Origin: Saprospiraceae bacterium
GTDB lineage: Bacteria; Bacteroidota; Bacteroidia; Chitinophagales; Saprospiraceae
NCBI GenBank assembly: GCA_045106765.1
Contig: JBGCFD010000046.1
Location: 18,729 to 82,728 of the forward strand
Length of the DNA stretch: 64,000 nt
Reading direction: 5' to 3'
Part shown: positions 20,187 through 28,982 of the stretch, piece after piece
Layout: each line of letters starts with the position of its first letter
Position numbering within the stretch: position 1 is the first letter of the stretch
Translations under genes and position numbers: made by a program
The notes under the pieces: generated by a model
Told to the model about the DNA's origin: nothing
The model's database searches: none
What the model saw: only the letters and a program-made list of their open reading frames with translations

Positions 20187-22259
20187 TTAAACTATTTCCA
20201 TGGGTGCTTCAACTTCAGCGAACTGTAAAGTAAAATAAAAAGTTGTCCCTGAAGTTCCATCTGATTCTACCCATATTTCACCTCCATGTCTTTGAACAAT
20301 TTTTTTGCAAATGGAAAGCCCCAAACCTGTACCTTGATATTCTTGTGAACTATGTAATCTTTTAAATAAAGAAAAAATTCTGTCATGATATTTTTTCTCA
20401 ATTCCAATTCCATTATCTTTTATGGCGATGCATGGTTTCCCATTTTTTTCAGAAACGGTAATTTTTATCATCGGTTGAACACCTTCAGGAATAAATTTAA
20501 TCGCATTGGCAATCAAATTTTGAAGAACCTGAAAAAGTTGAATTTGATTTCCCAAGACAATAGGAAGTTTTTCATATCTAATAATAGCATTTTGCTCTTG
20601 AATATTGACCTCCAAGGTTTGCAAAATTTTAGTCATTAATTCGTTCAAATCGACTGGATTAAAATTATCCTTTCCCTTTTCTACATTAGAATACGATAAA
20701 ACATCATCTAATAATTGATGCATATGACTAACCCCTTCTGTCACTAATCTCAAAAATTCTAATCCATTTTCATCAAGAACTTTGGCATATCTTTTTTCAA
20801 TCAACCCCGTGTAACTCATTACAGTTCTTAAAGGTGCTTTCAAATCATGAGAAGCGATATAAGCAAAATTTTCCAACTCAACATTGGCAACTTTAAGCTT
20901 TTCATTAGAATTATGCAAAGCTTTATTTTGTTTTTCAATTTGAATTTTATGATCTTTCAATTTTAAATTATAATAATATTGCTTCTTAAAAAACCAACTT
21001 ACAACACCAACAATGCCAATCAAAATGCAAAAAACAATACATATAAAAATATAATACAGCTTATTCAGCGCCTTATCTTTTTTCAATAATTCGAGTTCCT
21101 TCTTTTTCTGATCCAACTCAAATATGGAACTTAAATTTGCCAGTTCATTTTTGGTAATAGCTTCTTCTACAGAGTCTCTTAGTTCGTAATATTTTTTTTG
21201 AAAATCATAAGCTACTTTATTATTCCCACAATTAAAATTCACTTCAGAAATTTTCTTATAAACATTTTGGCGAACTGGAGTCACTTTATTTAAAATAGGA
21301 TTTTCCAAACATTGATTTAATATTTTTTTTGCTTGAACACATTTACCCATCAACATTTTTAACTCTGCCAAAGCAATCTGCGTTTGTATCGTTTCTTCTT
21401 TTTGATTGGATGCTTTTCGAATTGCCAAAGCAGTATTTAAATAATCTAATGCTAATTCAAGTTTATTTAATTTCAAATAAATTAATCCATAACCATGTGC
21501 GCAGTATCCTTTATGATATTGAGATTTGAGTCCAAATTTTGAACTGCAAGCCAAATTTTGATAATCAAGAGATTGATTATAATCCTTTAGTTCAAAAGAA
21601 ATAGTGCTCAACATATCATAACAATATCCAACATCTTCCTGTCTATCTAATGATTGATATAACTCAAGTGCTAGAGAAATTTTTTCCTTAGCTTTCTCAT
21701 ATTGTTTTTGCTCTTTATCCAATTCCGCCAAAGCATAAAAACTATTCGCTTGTCCTTGAATATCTCCTCTCCCTTTATTCAACTCCAATAATTTCATTCG
21801 ATAGTGATAAGCTTTATTAACCTGTCCCATATAGTAATAAGTATTACCAAAACCATTAAAAAGTGATGATGTATCCTTCATGGTTAACGAATAGGAGACT
21901 CCGCCAAAATCCATGGCCTTGTGGTAATAAACTAATGAACTATCATATTCAGATTGCCAAAAGTAGGAATGTCCCAGATTTAATAAACTATGGAAATTTA
22001 AGCTATCACAGCCTGCAGATTTTGCAACTGTTAAAGATTGAAAAAAATAATCTGTTGAGGTTTCATATTTTTCTACTTTAAAATAAGCTTCTCCTGTCTT
22101 GAATAGCAAATTGGCATAAGGTTTCTCAAATTGAGAATGAGGATAAGATTGTAAAGCTGTAACGCAACTATCAACCTTAGATTGATTGGAAAAACTAGGT
22201 AAACTTCCTAATAAGATCAAGAATAGTAAAAGACTTTTTGGTTTTTGGAGTACTTTCAT
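20187..22259 (-). CDS. Sensor histidine kinase with a predicted periplasmic TPR domain
   Basis: Signal peptide, about 350 aa of TPR-like repeats, one TM helix (YYIFICIVFCILIGIVGVVSWFF), H-box FAYIASHDLKAPLRT and an HATPase domain. Confidence 0.9.
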   Translation of the reverse strand: MKVLQKPKSLLLFLILLGSLPSFSNQSKVDSCVTALQSYPHSQFEKPYANLLFKTGEAYFKVEKYETSTDYFFQSLTVAKSAGCDSLNFHSLLNLGHSYFWQSEYDSSLVYYHKAMDFGGVSYSLTMKDTSSLFNGFGNTYYYMGQVNKAYHYRMKLLELNKGRGDIQGQANSFYALAELDKEQKQYEKAKEKISLALELYQSLDRQEDVGYCYDMLSTISFELKDYNQSLDYQNLACSSKFGLKSQYHKGYCAHGYGLIYLKLNKLELALDYLNTALAIRKASNQKEETIQTQIALAELKMLMGKCVQAKKILNQCLENPILNKVTPVRQNVYKKISEVNFNCGNNKVAYDFQKKYYELRDSVEEAITKNELANLSSIFELDQKKKELELLKKDKALNKLYYIFICIVFCILIGIVGVVSWFFKKQYYYNLKLKDHKIQIEKQNKALHNSNEKLKVANVELENFAYIASHDLKAPLRTVMSYTGLIEKRYAKVLDENGLEFLRLVTEGVSHMHQLLDDVLSYSNVEKGKDNFNPVDLNELMTKILQTLEVNIQEQNAIIRYEKLPIVLGNQIQLFQVLQNLIANAIKFIPEGVQPMIKITVSEKNGKPCIAIKDNGIGIEKKYHDRIFSLFKRLHSSQEYQGTGLGLSICKKIVQRHGGEIWVESDGTSGTTFYFTLQFAEVEAPMEIV

Positions 22260-22428
22260 GTTAAATTATAATTACCTGCTTAGTGTTACGAAAAACGAGC
22301 CAGTTTTGCCTTAACTATTTCTTTGCTTTTTCGTAAATTCGTTTTTTAAAACAGGTTCAACTTTGTAAACAATTACTGATTACAACTGTATTATCTGAAA
22401 GAATTTTTATTGAAAAAAAATAGAAGAT

Positions 22429-24066
22429 ATGACATCCAAAAAAGAGTTGGAAAAAAGACAAAATGAAGATGCTTATAAATTATTAATTTCCAAGTTGAAC
22501 AAACGATTGGGAAAGATCTATCAAGGAGGAGGAGAAAAAAAGATAGCCAAACAACATGAAAAAGGAAAATTAACTGCTCGAGAAAGAATCGAACATTTGA
22601 TTGATAAAGACAGTAATTTCCTAGAAATAGGTGCTTTTGCTGGTTACGATATGTACAAGGAATATGGCGGTTGTCCAGCAGGCGGAGTGGTAACTGGAAT
22701 TGGTTATGTCAAAGGGCGACAATGTATGATTGTGGCAAATGATGCCACAGTAAAGGCAGGTGCTTGGTTTCCAATTACTGGAAAAAAGAATTTACGAGCA
22801 CAAGAAATTGCTATCGAAAATCGCTTACCAACTATTTATCTCGTCGATTCAGCTGGCGTATTTTTACCGATGCAAGATGAGATATTTCCAGATAAAGAAC
22901 ACTTCGGTCGGATGTTCCGCAACAATGCAAAAATGTCTGCCATGGGAATTCCTCAGATTAGTGCAATCATGGGAAGTTGTGTTGCTGGAGGAGCTTATTT
23001 GCCAATCATGTCTGACGAAGCATTGATTGTGGAAGGAACAGGTTCTATCTTTTTGGCAGGACCATATTTAGTCAAAGCTGCCATTGGAGAAGTCGTAGAC
23101 AAAGAGACTCTAGGTGGTGCTAAAACCCAAAGTGACATCTCAGGAGTGACCGATTATAAAATGCCTGATGACAAAACTTGCTTGGAGACCATCCGAGATT
23201 TGGTAGATAAATTTGGGAAGTTTGAAAATGCTGGTTTTGATCGAATAGAAGCAAAATTACCTGAAGAGTCACCTGAGGAGATTTTAAGTATTTTCCCAGA
23301 AGATCCTGCTAAACCATACGAGACAAAAGACATCATCAAACGAATTGTAGACGAATCGAAATATACAGAATACAAAAGTGGATATGGAAAAACCATCACT
23401 TGTTGTTATGCTCGCATCGACGGTTGGGCTGTAGGTATTGTCGTTAATAATCGAAAAGTCATCAAAACTGAAAAGGGAGAAATGCAATTTGGTGGAGTAA
23501 TTTACTCTGACTCTGCGGACAAGGCTGCTCGATTTATTATGAATTGTAATCAGAAAAAAATCCCTTTGGTTTTTCTACATGACGTAACTGGTTTTATGGT
23601 TGGAACTAGAAGTGAGCAAGGTGGAATTATTAAGGATGGCGCAAAACTCGTGAGTGCTGTTTCCAATAGTACCGTTCCAAAATTTAGTATCGTGATGGGG
23701 AATTCCTATGGAGCTGGAAATTATGCCATGTGTGGAAAAGCTTACGACCCTCGATTAATCGTTGCTTGGCCTACGGCAAAAATTGCGGTAATGGGTGGTT
23801 CGCAAGCCGCTAAAGTTTTGACTCAAATTCAGGTTGCTTCGAAAAAAGCAAAGGGTGAAGCACCCTCTCCAGAAGATGAAAAAGCTTTGTTTGAAAAAAT
23901 AAAAAACCGCTACGACGAACAAACTTCTCCATATTATGCAGCAGCAAGATTATGGGTGGATGCGATTATCAATCCGTTGGAAACAAGAAAAGTCATTTCG
24001 ATGGGAATTGAAGCGGCGAATAATGCGCCTGTGGAAAAGTTTAATGTAGGAGTAATTCAAACGTAG
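22429..24066 (+). CDS. Acyl-CoA carboxylase carboxyltransferase (beta) subunit, methylcrotonyl-CoA carboxylase beta-like
   Basis: 545 aa. Segments VANDATVKAGAW, LRAQEIA.ENRLP.IYLVDSAG and MGSCVAGGAYLP closely resemble MCC beta / LiuB-type proteins. Confidence 0.92.
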   Translation: MTSKKELEKRQNEDAYKLLISKLNKRLGKIYQGGGEKKIAKQHEKGKLTARERIEHLIDKDSNFLEIGAFAGYDMYKEYGGCPAGGVVTGIGYVKGRQCMIVANDATVKAGAWFPITGKKNLRAQEIAIENRLPTIYLVDSAGVFLPMQDEIFPDKEHFGRMFRNNAKMSAMGIPQISAIMGSCVAGGAYLPIMSDEALIVEGTGSIFLAGPYLVKAAIGEVVDKETLGGAKTQSDISGVTDYKMPDDKTCLETIRDLVDKFGKFENAGFDRIEAKLPEESPEEILSIFPEDPAKPYETKDIIKRIVDESKYTEYKSGYGKTITCCYARIDGWAVGIVVNNRKVIKTEKGEMQFGGVIYSDSADKAARFIMNCNQKKIPLVFLHDVTGFMVGTRSEQGGIIKDGAKLVSAVSNSTVPKFSIVMGNSYGAGNYAMCGKAYDPRLIVAWPTAKIAVMGGSQAAKVLTQIQVASKKAKGEAPSPEDEKALFEKIKNRYDEQTSPYYAAARLWVDAIINPLETRKVISMGIEAANNAPVEKFNVGVIQT

Positions 24067-24131
24067 GAGGATTTTCCAAATTCTACATCTCTAAATAAAA
24101 TGAATTAAGCAAAGTAACAATACATTTACAA

Positions 24132-24269
24132 ATGAGTAAAAAACAAAAAAACGAATCCACTCGTGACTGGCTCAAACGAATTGGATGGATGGGAATTTTG
24201 TTTTTTACCATCAAAGGAATCATCACTACTTATCTTATATTTCAAGCGGGGAAATGTGCAATAGATTAA
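24132..24269 (+). CDS. Possible 45-aa membrane mini-protein (below the ORF-track cutoff)
   Basis: MSKKQKNESTRDWLKRIGWMGILFFTIKGIITTYLIFQAGKCAID: basic N-terminus plus one TM helix, followed by the hairpin ccatag...ctatgg at about 24288-24316. Confidence 0.35.
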   Translation: MSKKQKNESTRDWLKRIGWMGILFFTIKGIITTYLIFQAGKCAID

Positions 24270-24331
24270 ATTAAAATAATTTAAAACCATAGGCTGACTG
24301 AAAGCCAATCTATGGTACGAAAAAAGAAATA

Positions 24332-25492
24332 ATGAAATTACTTTCAAAAACAGTTACAGGATTAGAAGAGGTTTTAGCCAAAGAAATTGAAGACCTTGGC
24401 GGTCAAAATATTCAATTGCTCAAGCGAGCAGTTAGCTTTGAGGGTGATTTAAAAACACTTTATCGAACTAATTTAGAATTGAGAACTTCGATTAGAATAT
24501 TAAAGCCAATCTATTCTTTTACCGCTCGAAATGAAAATGAATTTTATGATAAAATCAAAGATATAGATTGGTCTCAATATATGTCAAATAACGATACACT
24601 CGCTGTTGATGCTACCACTTTTGGAGAATATTTTACACATTCAAAATATATTTCTCTCAAAGCAAAAGATGCTATCGTTGACCAATTTAGAGATAATACA
24701 GGACGTCGTCCTAATGTAAATGTAATCTCCCCTACCATTCGAATTAGCATTCATATTCAAATTGACGAAGTGATTGTTTCTTTAGATGCCTCAGGAGATC
24801 CATTGTTTAAGCGAGGTTATCGAGTAGAACGAATGGGCGCACCAATGAATGAAGTTTTAGCAGCTGGAATGATTTTGTTGTCAGGTTGGGATAAAAAATC
24901 TGACTTTATGGATGGTATGTGCGGCTCTGGAACTTTGCCAATCGAAGCAGGATTGATCGCTCGAAACATGCCTTCCCAATGGAATCGAACAAGTTTTGGT
25001 TTTCAAACTTGGAAAGACTTTGACAATGATCTTTGGCAAGAAGTAAGAGCAGAAGCTAAGGCTAAAATCATTCCTTTTGAATATAATATTTCAGGACGTG
25101 ATCGAGACTTCAAAGCAATAAGTGTAGCGCGAGTTAATATTATGAAAGCAGAATTGGATGATACTATCGAAGTAAAACGAACTACCTTCGAAAAATTAGA
25201 AGCTACTTCGGAGAAAGGAGTTATGATTTTAAATCCTCCGTACAATGAACGATTAGCTATCAAAAACATTAACGAATTATACAAAATGATGGGTGATCAA
25301 TTCAAACAGCAATTTAAAGGTTGGGAAGTTTGGGTGATCTCATCAAATATGCAAGCTTTAAAAAACATTGGTCTCCGTCCTTCCAAAAAAATACAACTAA
25401 TGAATGGGCCTTTGAATTGTAAATACGTTAAATTTGAAATGTACGATGGCACCCGAAGAACTGTGTTTAAAGAAAAAGTAAGTGAATCGTAA
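24332..25492 (+). CDS. THUMP-domain class I SAM-dependent RNA methyltransferase (RlmL N-terminal-half-like, COG0116)
   Basis: THUMP-like N-terminus, a GSG SAM-binding loop (DGMCGSGT) and the NPPY catalytic motif. Confidence 0.88.
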   Translation: MKLLSKTVTGLEEVLAKEIEDLGGQNIQLLKRAVSFEGDLKTLYRTNLELRTSIRILKPIYSFTARNENEFYDKIKDIDWSQYMSNNDTLAVDATTFGEYFTHSKYISLKAKDAIVDQFRDNTGRRPNVNVISPTIRISIHIQIDEVIVSLDASGDPLFKRGYRVERMGAPMNEVLAAGMILLSGWDKKSDFMDGMCGSGTLPIEAGLIARNMPSQWNRTSFGFQTWKDFDNDLWQEVRAEAKAKIIPFEYNISGRDRDFKAISVARVNIMKAELDDTIEVKRTTFEKLEATSEKGVMILNPPYNERLAIKNINELYKMMGDQFKQQFKGWEVWVISSNMQALKNIGLRPSKKIQLMNGPLNCKYVKFEMYDGTRRTVFKEKVSES

Positions 25493-25522
25493 TTCAAGTA
25501 GTAGTTTAAAAAAAAGAAAATT

Positions 25523-25903
25523 ATGAAAAAGATATTTCACCTATTCCTATTTTTGAGCTGTGCAAATGTAATGTTAGGACAAGTTGGATTGCAAGTGGAA
25601 GGCACTCAATTTGCAAAAGAAAATCAAGTAGATTGGGAAAAAGGCAAAGAGTCGGTGAACGTTTTTTTTACAAAAAAAAATCAATCACAAATACCTGTAG
25701 ATTTAAAAAAGTACTTTTTGGCTGAGAATGTTTCAGCTAATTCGTCCAATATTTTTACTCAAAAAAATACTTCCAATGAGTTAGCATTTTTTTGTAGGAT
25801 AGAAGAAAAAATTGAACTCAAATCTAACATTCCAGTTAGATTTCGTTTGGGAGAAGTTCAAGCTGTCGATCAAAAAGAAGGAAAATGGAAACAATTTCAG
25901 TAA
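25523..25903 (+). CDS. Secreted hypothetical protein
   Basis: Signal peptide MKKIFHLFLFLSCANVMLGQ. No recognisable family. Confidence 0.55.
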   Translation: MKKIFHLFLFLSCANVMLGQVGLQVEGTQFAKENQVDWEKGKESVNVFFTKKNQSQIPVDLKKYFLAENVSANSSNIFTQKNTSNELAFFCRIEEKIELKSNIPVRFRLGEVQAVDQKEGKWKQFQ

Positions 25904-25909
25904 AAGAAA

Positions 25910-28063
25910 TTAATTCATTTCCAAACCTAATCCTTGAACATTAAGTGGTGCTTCCATTTTCATAGAAGTCATATCTGTTTCGATATTAAGCGTAAAATAG
26001 AACGTAGCTCCTTGGCCCACTTCTGATTCAACCCAAATCTCTCCATTATTTTGATTAACAATTTTTTTACAAATAGCAAGCCCTACCCCTGTTCCTTCAT
26101 ACTCATCTTTACCATGTAATCTTTTGAAAATCTCAAAGACTCTATCTTTGAATTCCATATCGATTCCAATTCCATTATCTTTTACAAAGTACACTAAATC
26201 ATTTCCTTGGAATTTTTCTTTTAATCCAATTTCTACCTGTGGATTTTCCCTATTCGTGTATTTGATACTATTACTAATTAAATTTTGGAAGAGTTGATTT
26301 AAGTGAGATTTATGCCCTTTTACCTCTGGTAGATTAGCCACCTTGACATCAACATTATGTTCCATTATTTTCCCTTTCAAGGTTTCGATTACCGTATCGA
26401 CGACTTCATTTAAAGAAACAGGTTCTTCATAAATCTCCTCATTTTCCAGTTTAGAATACATCAAAACTTCATGTAACAAGTCATACATCCTACTCACATT
26501 AGTAGTGATAAAATCAATATAGTCATCTGCTTCTGATCCTAATTTCCCTTTAAATCTTCGTTTGAGTAAGGTGGCAAATGATCCAATATTTCGAAGTGGT
26601 TCTTTTAAATCATGAGAAGCAATATAAGCAAAGCGTTGAAGTTCGTCATTCTTGCGCTCCAACTTTTTATTTTGAATGAGACTCTGCTCATTTTGTTCTT
26701 TAAGTAATTGATTGGTTTCAACTTGTTTGAGGTGAGCCTTTTCAAGCTCCATATTTTGTTGTTGGATTTGATAATTCTTATCTGTCTGTATTTTATTATG
26801 TTCCGTTTGAGTTTTATACTTAGAATGTACCTGCCATAGAATAACCATCAAAGCAAGTAAACCTACAATCAAAAAATTACGATAAGTACTTTGCAATTCT
26901 GCGTCTCTTTTTAAAATATCTTTTTCCTTTTTTGTAATCTCATACTGCATTTTAGTATCAGACATTTTTTGAAGCGTGGCTTCGTTTCGAAGAGAATCTT
27001 TTAAATCGGTGAAATTCCGATAATATTTATTAGCTTCTTCATAATCTCCAATATTTTCTAAACTTCTAGCCATTGATTTATAAACATCCACTAAGATTGG
27101 TCTCGCACCTAAACTTTGAGCTATATCAAGACTTTCATTTAAATACCTCATTCCTTTTTTTTCTTCCCCCTTATTGATATAAATTTCACCAATAGCTTTT
27201 GAACTTCCAATTTGTCCCCATCTATCATCATTCTCAATATTGATCTTATGGGATTGATTAAAATAATCCAAGGCTTTATTTAAATCTCCTCTTGATTGAT
27301 AATTATCTCCAAGATTAAAAGTAACATAGGCTAATCCAGATTTTCGATTAGATGCAATAGAAAGTTCATAAGCTTTCAAATTATATTTTAGAGATAAATC
27401 TATTTGGGCCATTCTAGAATACGCTGCACCAATGGCACCATAACTAGACAATTCCATTACCTTATTGTTAATTTCAACTGATAATTGTAAACATTTCTCA
27501 TAATACTCAATGGCTTTATGGTAATTTCCTTGAAAGAAATGGATTCCTCCAATTTTGTAATATGAGTAAGTTATTCCAGCTTGATCTTGAAGTTCTTCTC
27601 TTATTTGTAATGCTTTGAAGTGATATTCAAAAGCCAACTCATTATTCCCAATAACTTGATATGCTTTAGCTAATTGATAACTGGCATCTCCAAGTTGTTT
27701 ACCGCCATCCGAATTAATATTCTTAATTAATTTAGTCAACAACGTAATTGCTTCTTCATATTTATGAGATGCAATTAAACATTTTCCCATTTGATACTGA
27801 ATCTTACTTTTGAATTTTATTTCATCATTCCTGTCGGCAATTGAATCTGCAAGAATTAAATATTTATATGCTTTTGTAGTTTCTTTATGCTTTAAATTTG
27901 CTTTCCCTAATTCAAAATAAGCATCTAATTGTTCTTTAATATTTTCACTTTCAATTTTGATCTTCAAAGTATTTTCTAAACTATCCAAATTTGAAGCAGA
28001 TAGAGAAAAACTCATCAACATACTTAAAAGAAAAATTATCTGGTATTTTCGGGACAGTATCAT
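25910..28063 (-). CDS. Sensor histidine kinase with a predicted periplasmic TPR domain (paralogous architecture to 20187-22259)
   Basis: Signal peptide, about 360 aa of TPR repeats, one TM helix (FLIVGLLALMVILWQV), a long coiled coil, H-box FAYIASHDLKEPLRN and an HATPase domain. Confidence 0.9.
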   Translation of the reverse strand: MILSRKYQIIFLLSMLMSFSLSASNLDSLENTLKIKIESENIKEQLDAYFELGKANLKHKETTKAYKYLILADSIADRNDEIKFKSKIQYQMGKCLIASHKYEEAITLLTKLIKNINSDGGKQLGDASYQLAKAYQVIGNNELAFEYHFKALQIREELQDQAGITYSYYKIGGIHFFQGNYHKAIEYYEKCLQLSVEINNKVMELSSYGAIGAAYSRMAQIDLSLKYNLKAYELSIASNRKSGLAYVTFNLGDNYQSRGDLNKALDYFNQSHKINIENDDRWGQIGSSKAIGEIYINKGEEKKGMRYLNESLDIAQSLGARPILVDVYKSMARSLENIGDYEEANKYYRNFTDLKDSLRNEATLQKMSDTKMQYEITKKEKDILKRDAELQSTYRNFLIVGLLALMVILWQVHSKYKTQTEHNKIQTDKNYQIQQQNMELEKAHLKQVETNQLLKEQNEQSLIQNKKLERKNDELQRFAYIASHDLKEPLRNIGSFATLLKRRFKGKLGSEADDYIDFITTNVSRMYDLLHEVLMYSKLENEEIYEEPVSLNEVVDTVIETLKGKIMEHNVDVKVANLPEVKGHKSHLNQLFQNLISNSIKYTNRENPQVEIGLKEKFQGNDLVYFVKDNGIGIDMEFKDRVFEIFKRLHGKDEYEGTGVGLAICKKIVNQNNGEIWVESEVGQGATFYFTLNIETDMTSMKMEAPLNVQGLGLEMN

Positions 28064-28111
28064 ATGTTATTTTAATTCGGTATATAAAATTATTAAACTG
28101 TATTACAAAGA

Positions 28112-28141
28112 AAATGCCATCTTACAAGTAAGATGGCATTT
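28112..28141 (-). terminator. Terminator of GG-leader peptide gene 1
   Basis: Perfect 13-bp stem aaatgccatctta / taagatggcattt with loop caag. Confidence 0.7.
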
Positions 28142-28163
28142 AGTTTTTGATGAAGTTTTTAAA

Positions 28164-28334
28164 TTATCCATCAGTTCCTTGGTTCGGAGGATAACCTCCG
28201 CCTCCGCCTTGGTTACTACCAGTATCGGAATCATCTCCTCCGTTACCTTTTTTACCTCCTTTGAGGTTTTTCATGTCTCGAACATCGAGGACCTGCATAG
28301 TCCGACGTTCCATGATTGATTTTAAGCTAGTCAT
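28164..28334 (-). CDS. Double-glycine-leader peptide precursor, copy 1 (56 aa)
   Basis: MTSLKSIMERRTMQVLDVRDMKNLKGG / KKGNGGDDSDTGSNQGGGGGYPPNQGTDG. It has its own terminator, and its leader is near-identical to copy 2. Confidence 0.6.
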   Translation of the reverse strand: MTSLKSIMERRTMQVLDVRDMKNLKGGKKGNGGDDSDTGSNQGGGGGYPPNQGTDG

Positions 28335-28375
28335 CTTGAAAAATTTTTCATGGTTAACAATAGATTAATAAAGAT

Positions 28376-28394
28376 CATTTGGAATATCCAAATG
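28376..28394 (-). promoter_or_regulatory. Conserved 7-bp inverted repeat upstream of peptide gene 1
   Basis: catttgg-aatat-ccaaatg. The same stem with a different loop lies upstream of copy 2. Confidence 0.35.
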
Positions 28395-28550
28395 AATTAT
28401 CTTAAATCGGGGGAAAAATTTTCAATAAATTATTTTTGAGGGAAAATTAATATGGGGAGAAAAATAGAGTGGGAGATGTTTTTAAAGTTGCTAAAAATAT
28501 GCCAAATTTTGTTTTTTGGTTAAACCTTAGGTTTTTAGGAGGAATTATTT

Positions 28551-28739
28551 TTAATAAATGTCAAATAAATTAGCCATACTCATTGGTCATGCAACATTAT
28601 TTCTTTCTACAAAATCTACTCCAACTATTCTGGTTTTTACTGAATCTAAAAAAATATAGTTAAGTTCCTTAAAGTTTAATTCTCTGGATGTTGGATTAAA
28701 AAGTTGCAATTTAAAGCAAAGTACTAAATCCAATTTCAT
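28551..28739 (-). pseudogene. Decayed duplicate of the last ~63 codons of bshB1
   Basis: Collinear with 29138 to about 29335 (KLDLVLCFK.Q.FNP.S.EL...FLDSVK...GVDF...NVA). It has internal deletions, an in-frame stop, and lacks the 5-prime two-thirds of the gene. Confidence 0.8.
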
Positions 28740-28750
28740 AAAAAATGCAA

Positions 28751-28787
28751 AAAAAAATGCCACCTTAAAATAAGGTGGCATTTTTTT
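28751..28787 (-). terminator. Terminator of GG-leader peptide gene 2
   Basis: aaaaaaatgccacctta / taaggtggcattttttt stem with flanking A and T runs. Confidence 0.7.
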
Positions 28788-28792
28788 AGACA

Positions 28793-28939
28793 TTAGTCAT
28801 CTTCTGTTGGTGGTGGAGGAAGGCCTCCGCCATTACTATTACCTCCTTTGAGGTTTTTCATATCTCGAATGTCAAGGACCTGCATAGTCCGACGTTCCAT
28901 AATTGATTTTAATCTAGTCATTTTTGAAAAATTTTTCAT
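28793..28939 (-). CDS. Double-glycine-leader peptide precursor, copy 2 (48 aa, or 42 aa from the Met at 28921)
   Basis: MKNFSKMTRLKSIMERRTMQVLDIRDMKNLKGG / NSNGGGLPPPPTEDD. Confidence 0.6.
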   Translation of the reverse strand: MKNFSKMTRLKSIMERRTMQVLDIRDMKNLKGGNSNGGGLPPPPTEDD

Positions 28940-28963
28940 GGTTAATAATTGATTAATAAAGGT

Positions 28964-28982
28964 CATTTGGCATAACCAAATG
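28964..28982 (-). promoter_or_regulatory. Conserved 7-bp inverted repeat upstream of peptide gene 2
   Basis: catttgg-cataa-ccaaatg. Confidence 0.35.

Noticed and set aside
24126-24347. The 73-aa minus-strand ORF
   Set aside because: It overlaps the start of the THUMP methyltransferase gene and is antisense to a more plausible small plus-strand membrane ORF.
28587-28793. The 68-aa minus-strand ORF in the supplied track
   Set aside because: It is a chimera. Its C-terminal two-thirds is the decayed bshB1 3-prime relic, and its N-terminus reads through the peptide-2 terminator hairpin. I annotated it as a pseudogene fragment instead.
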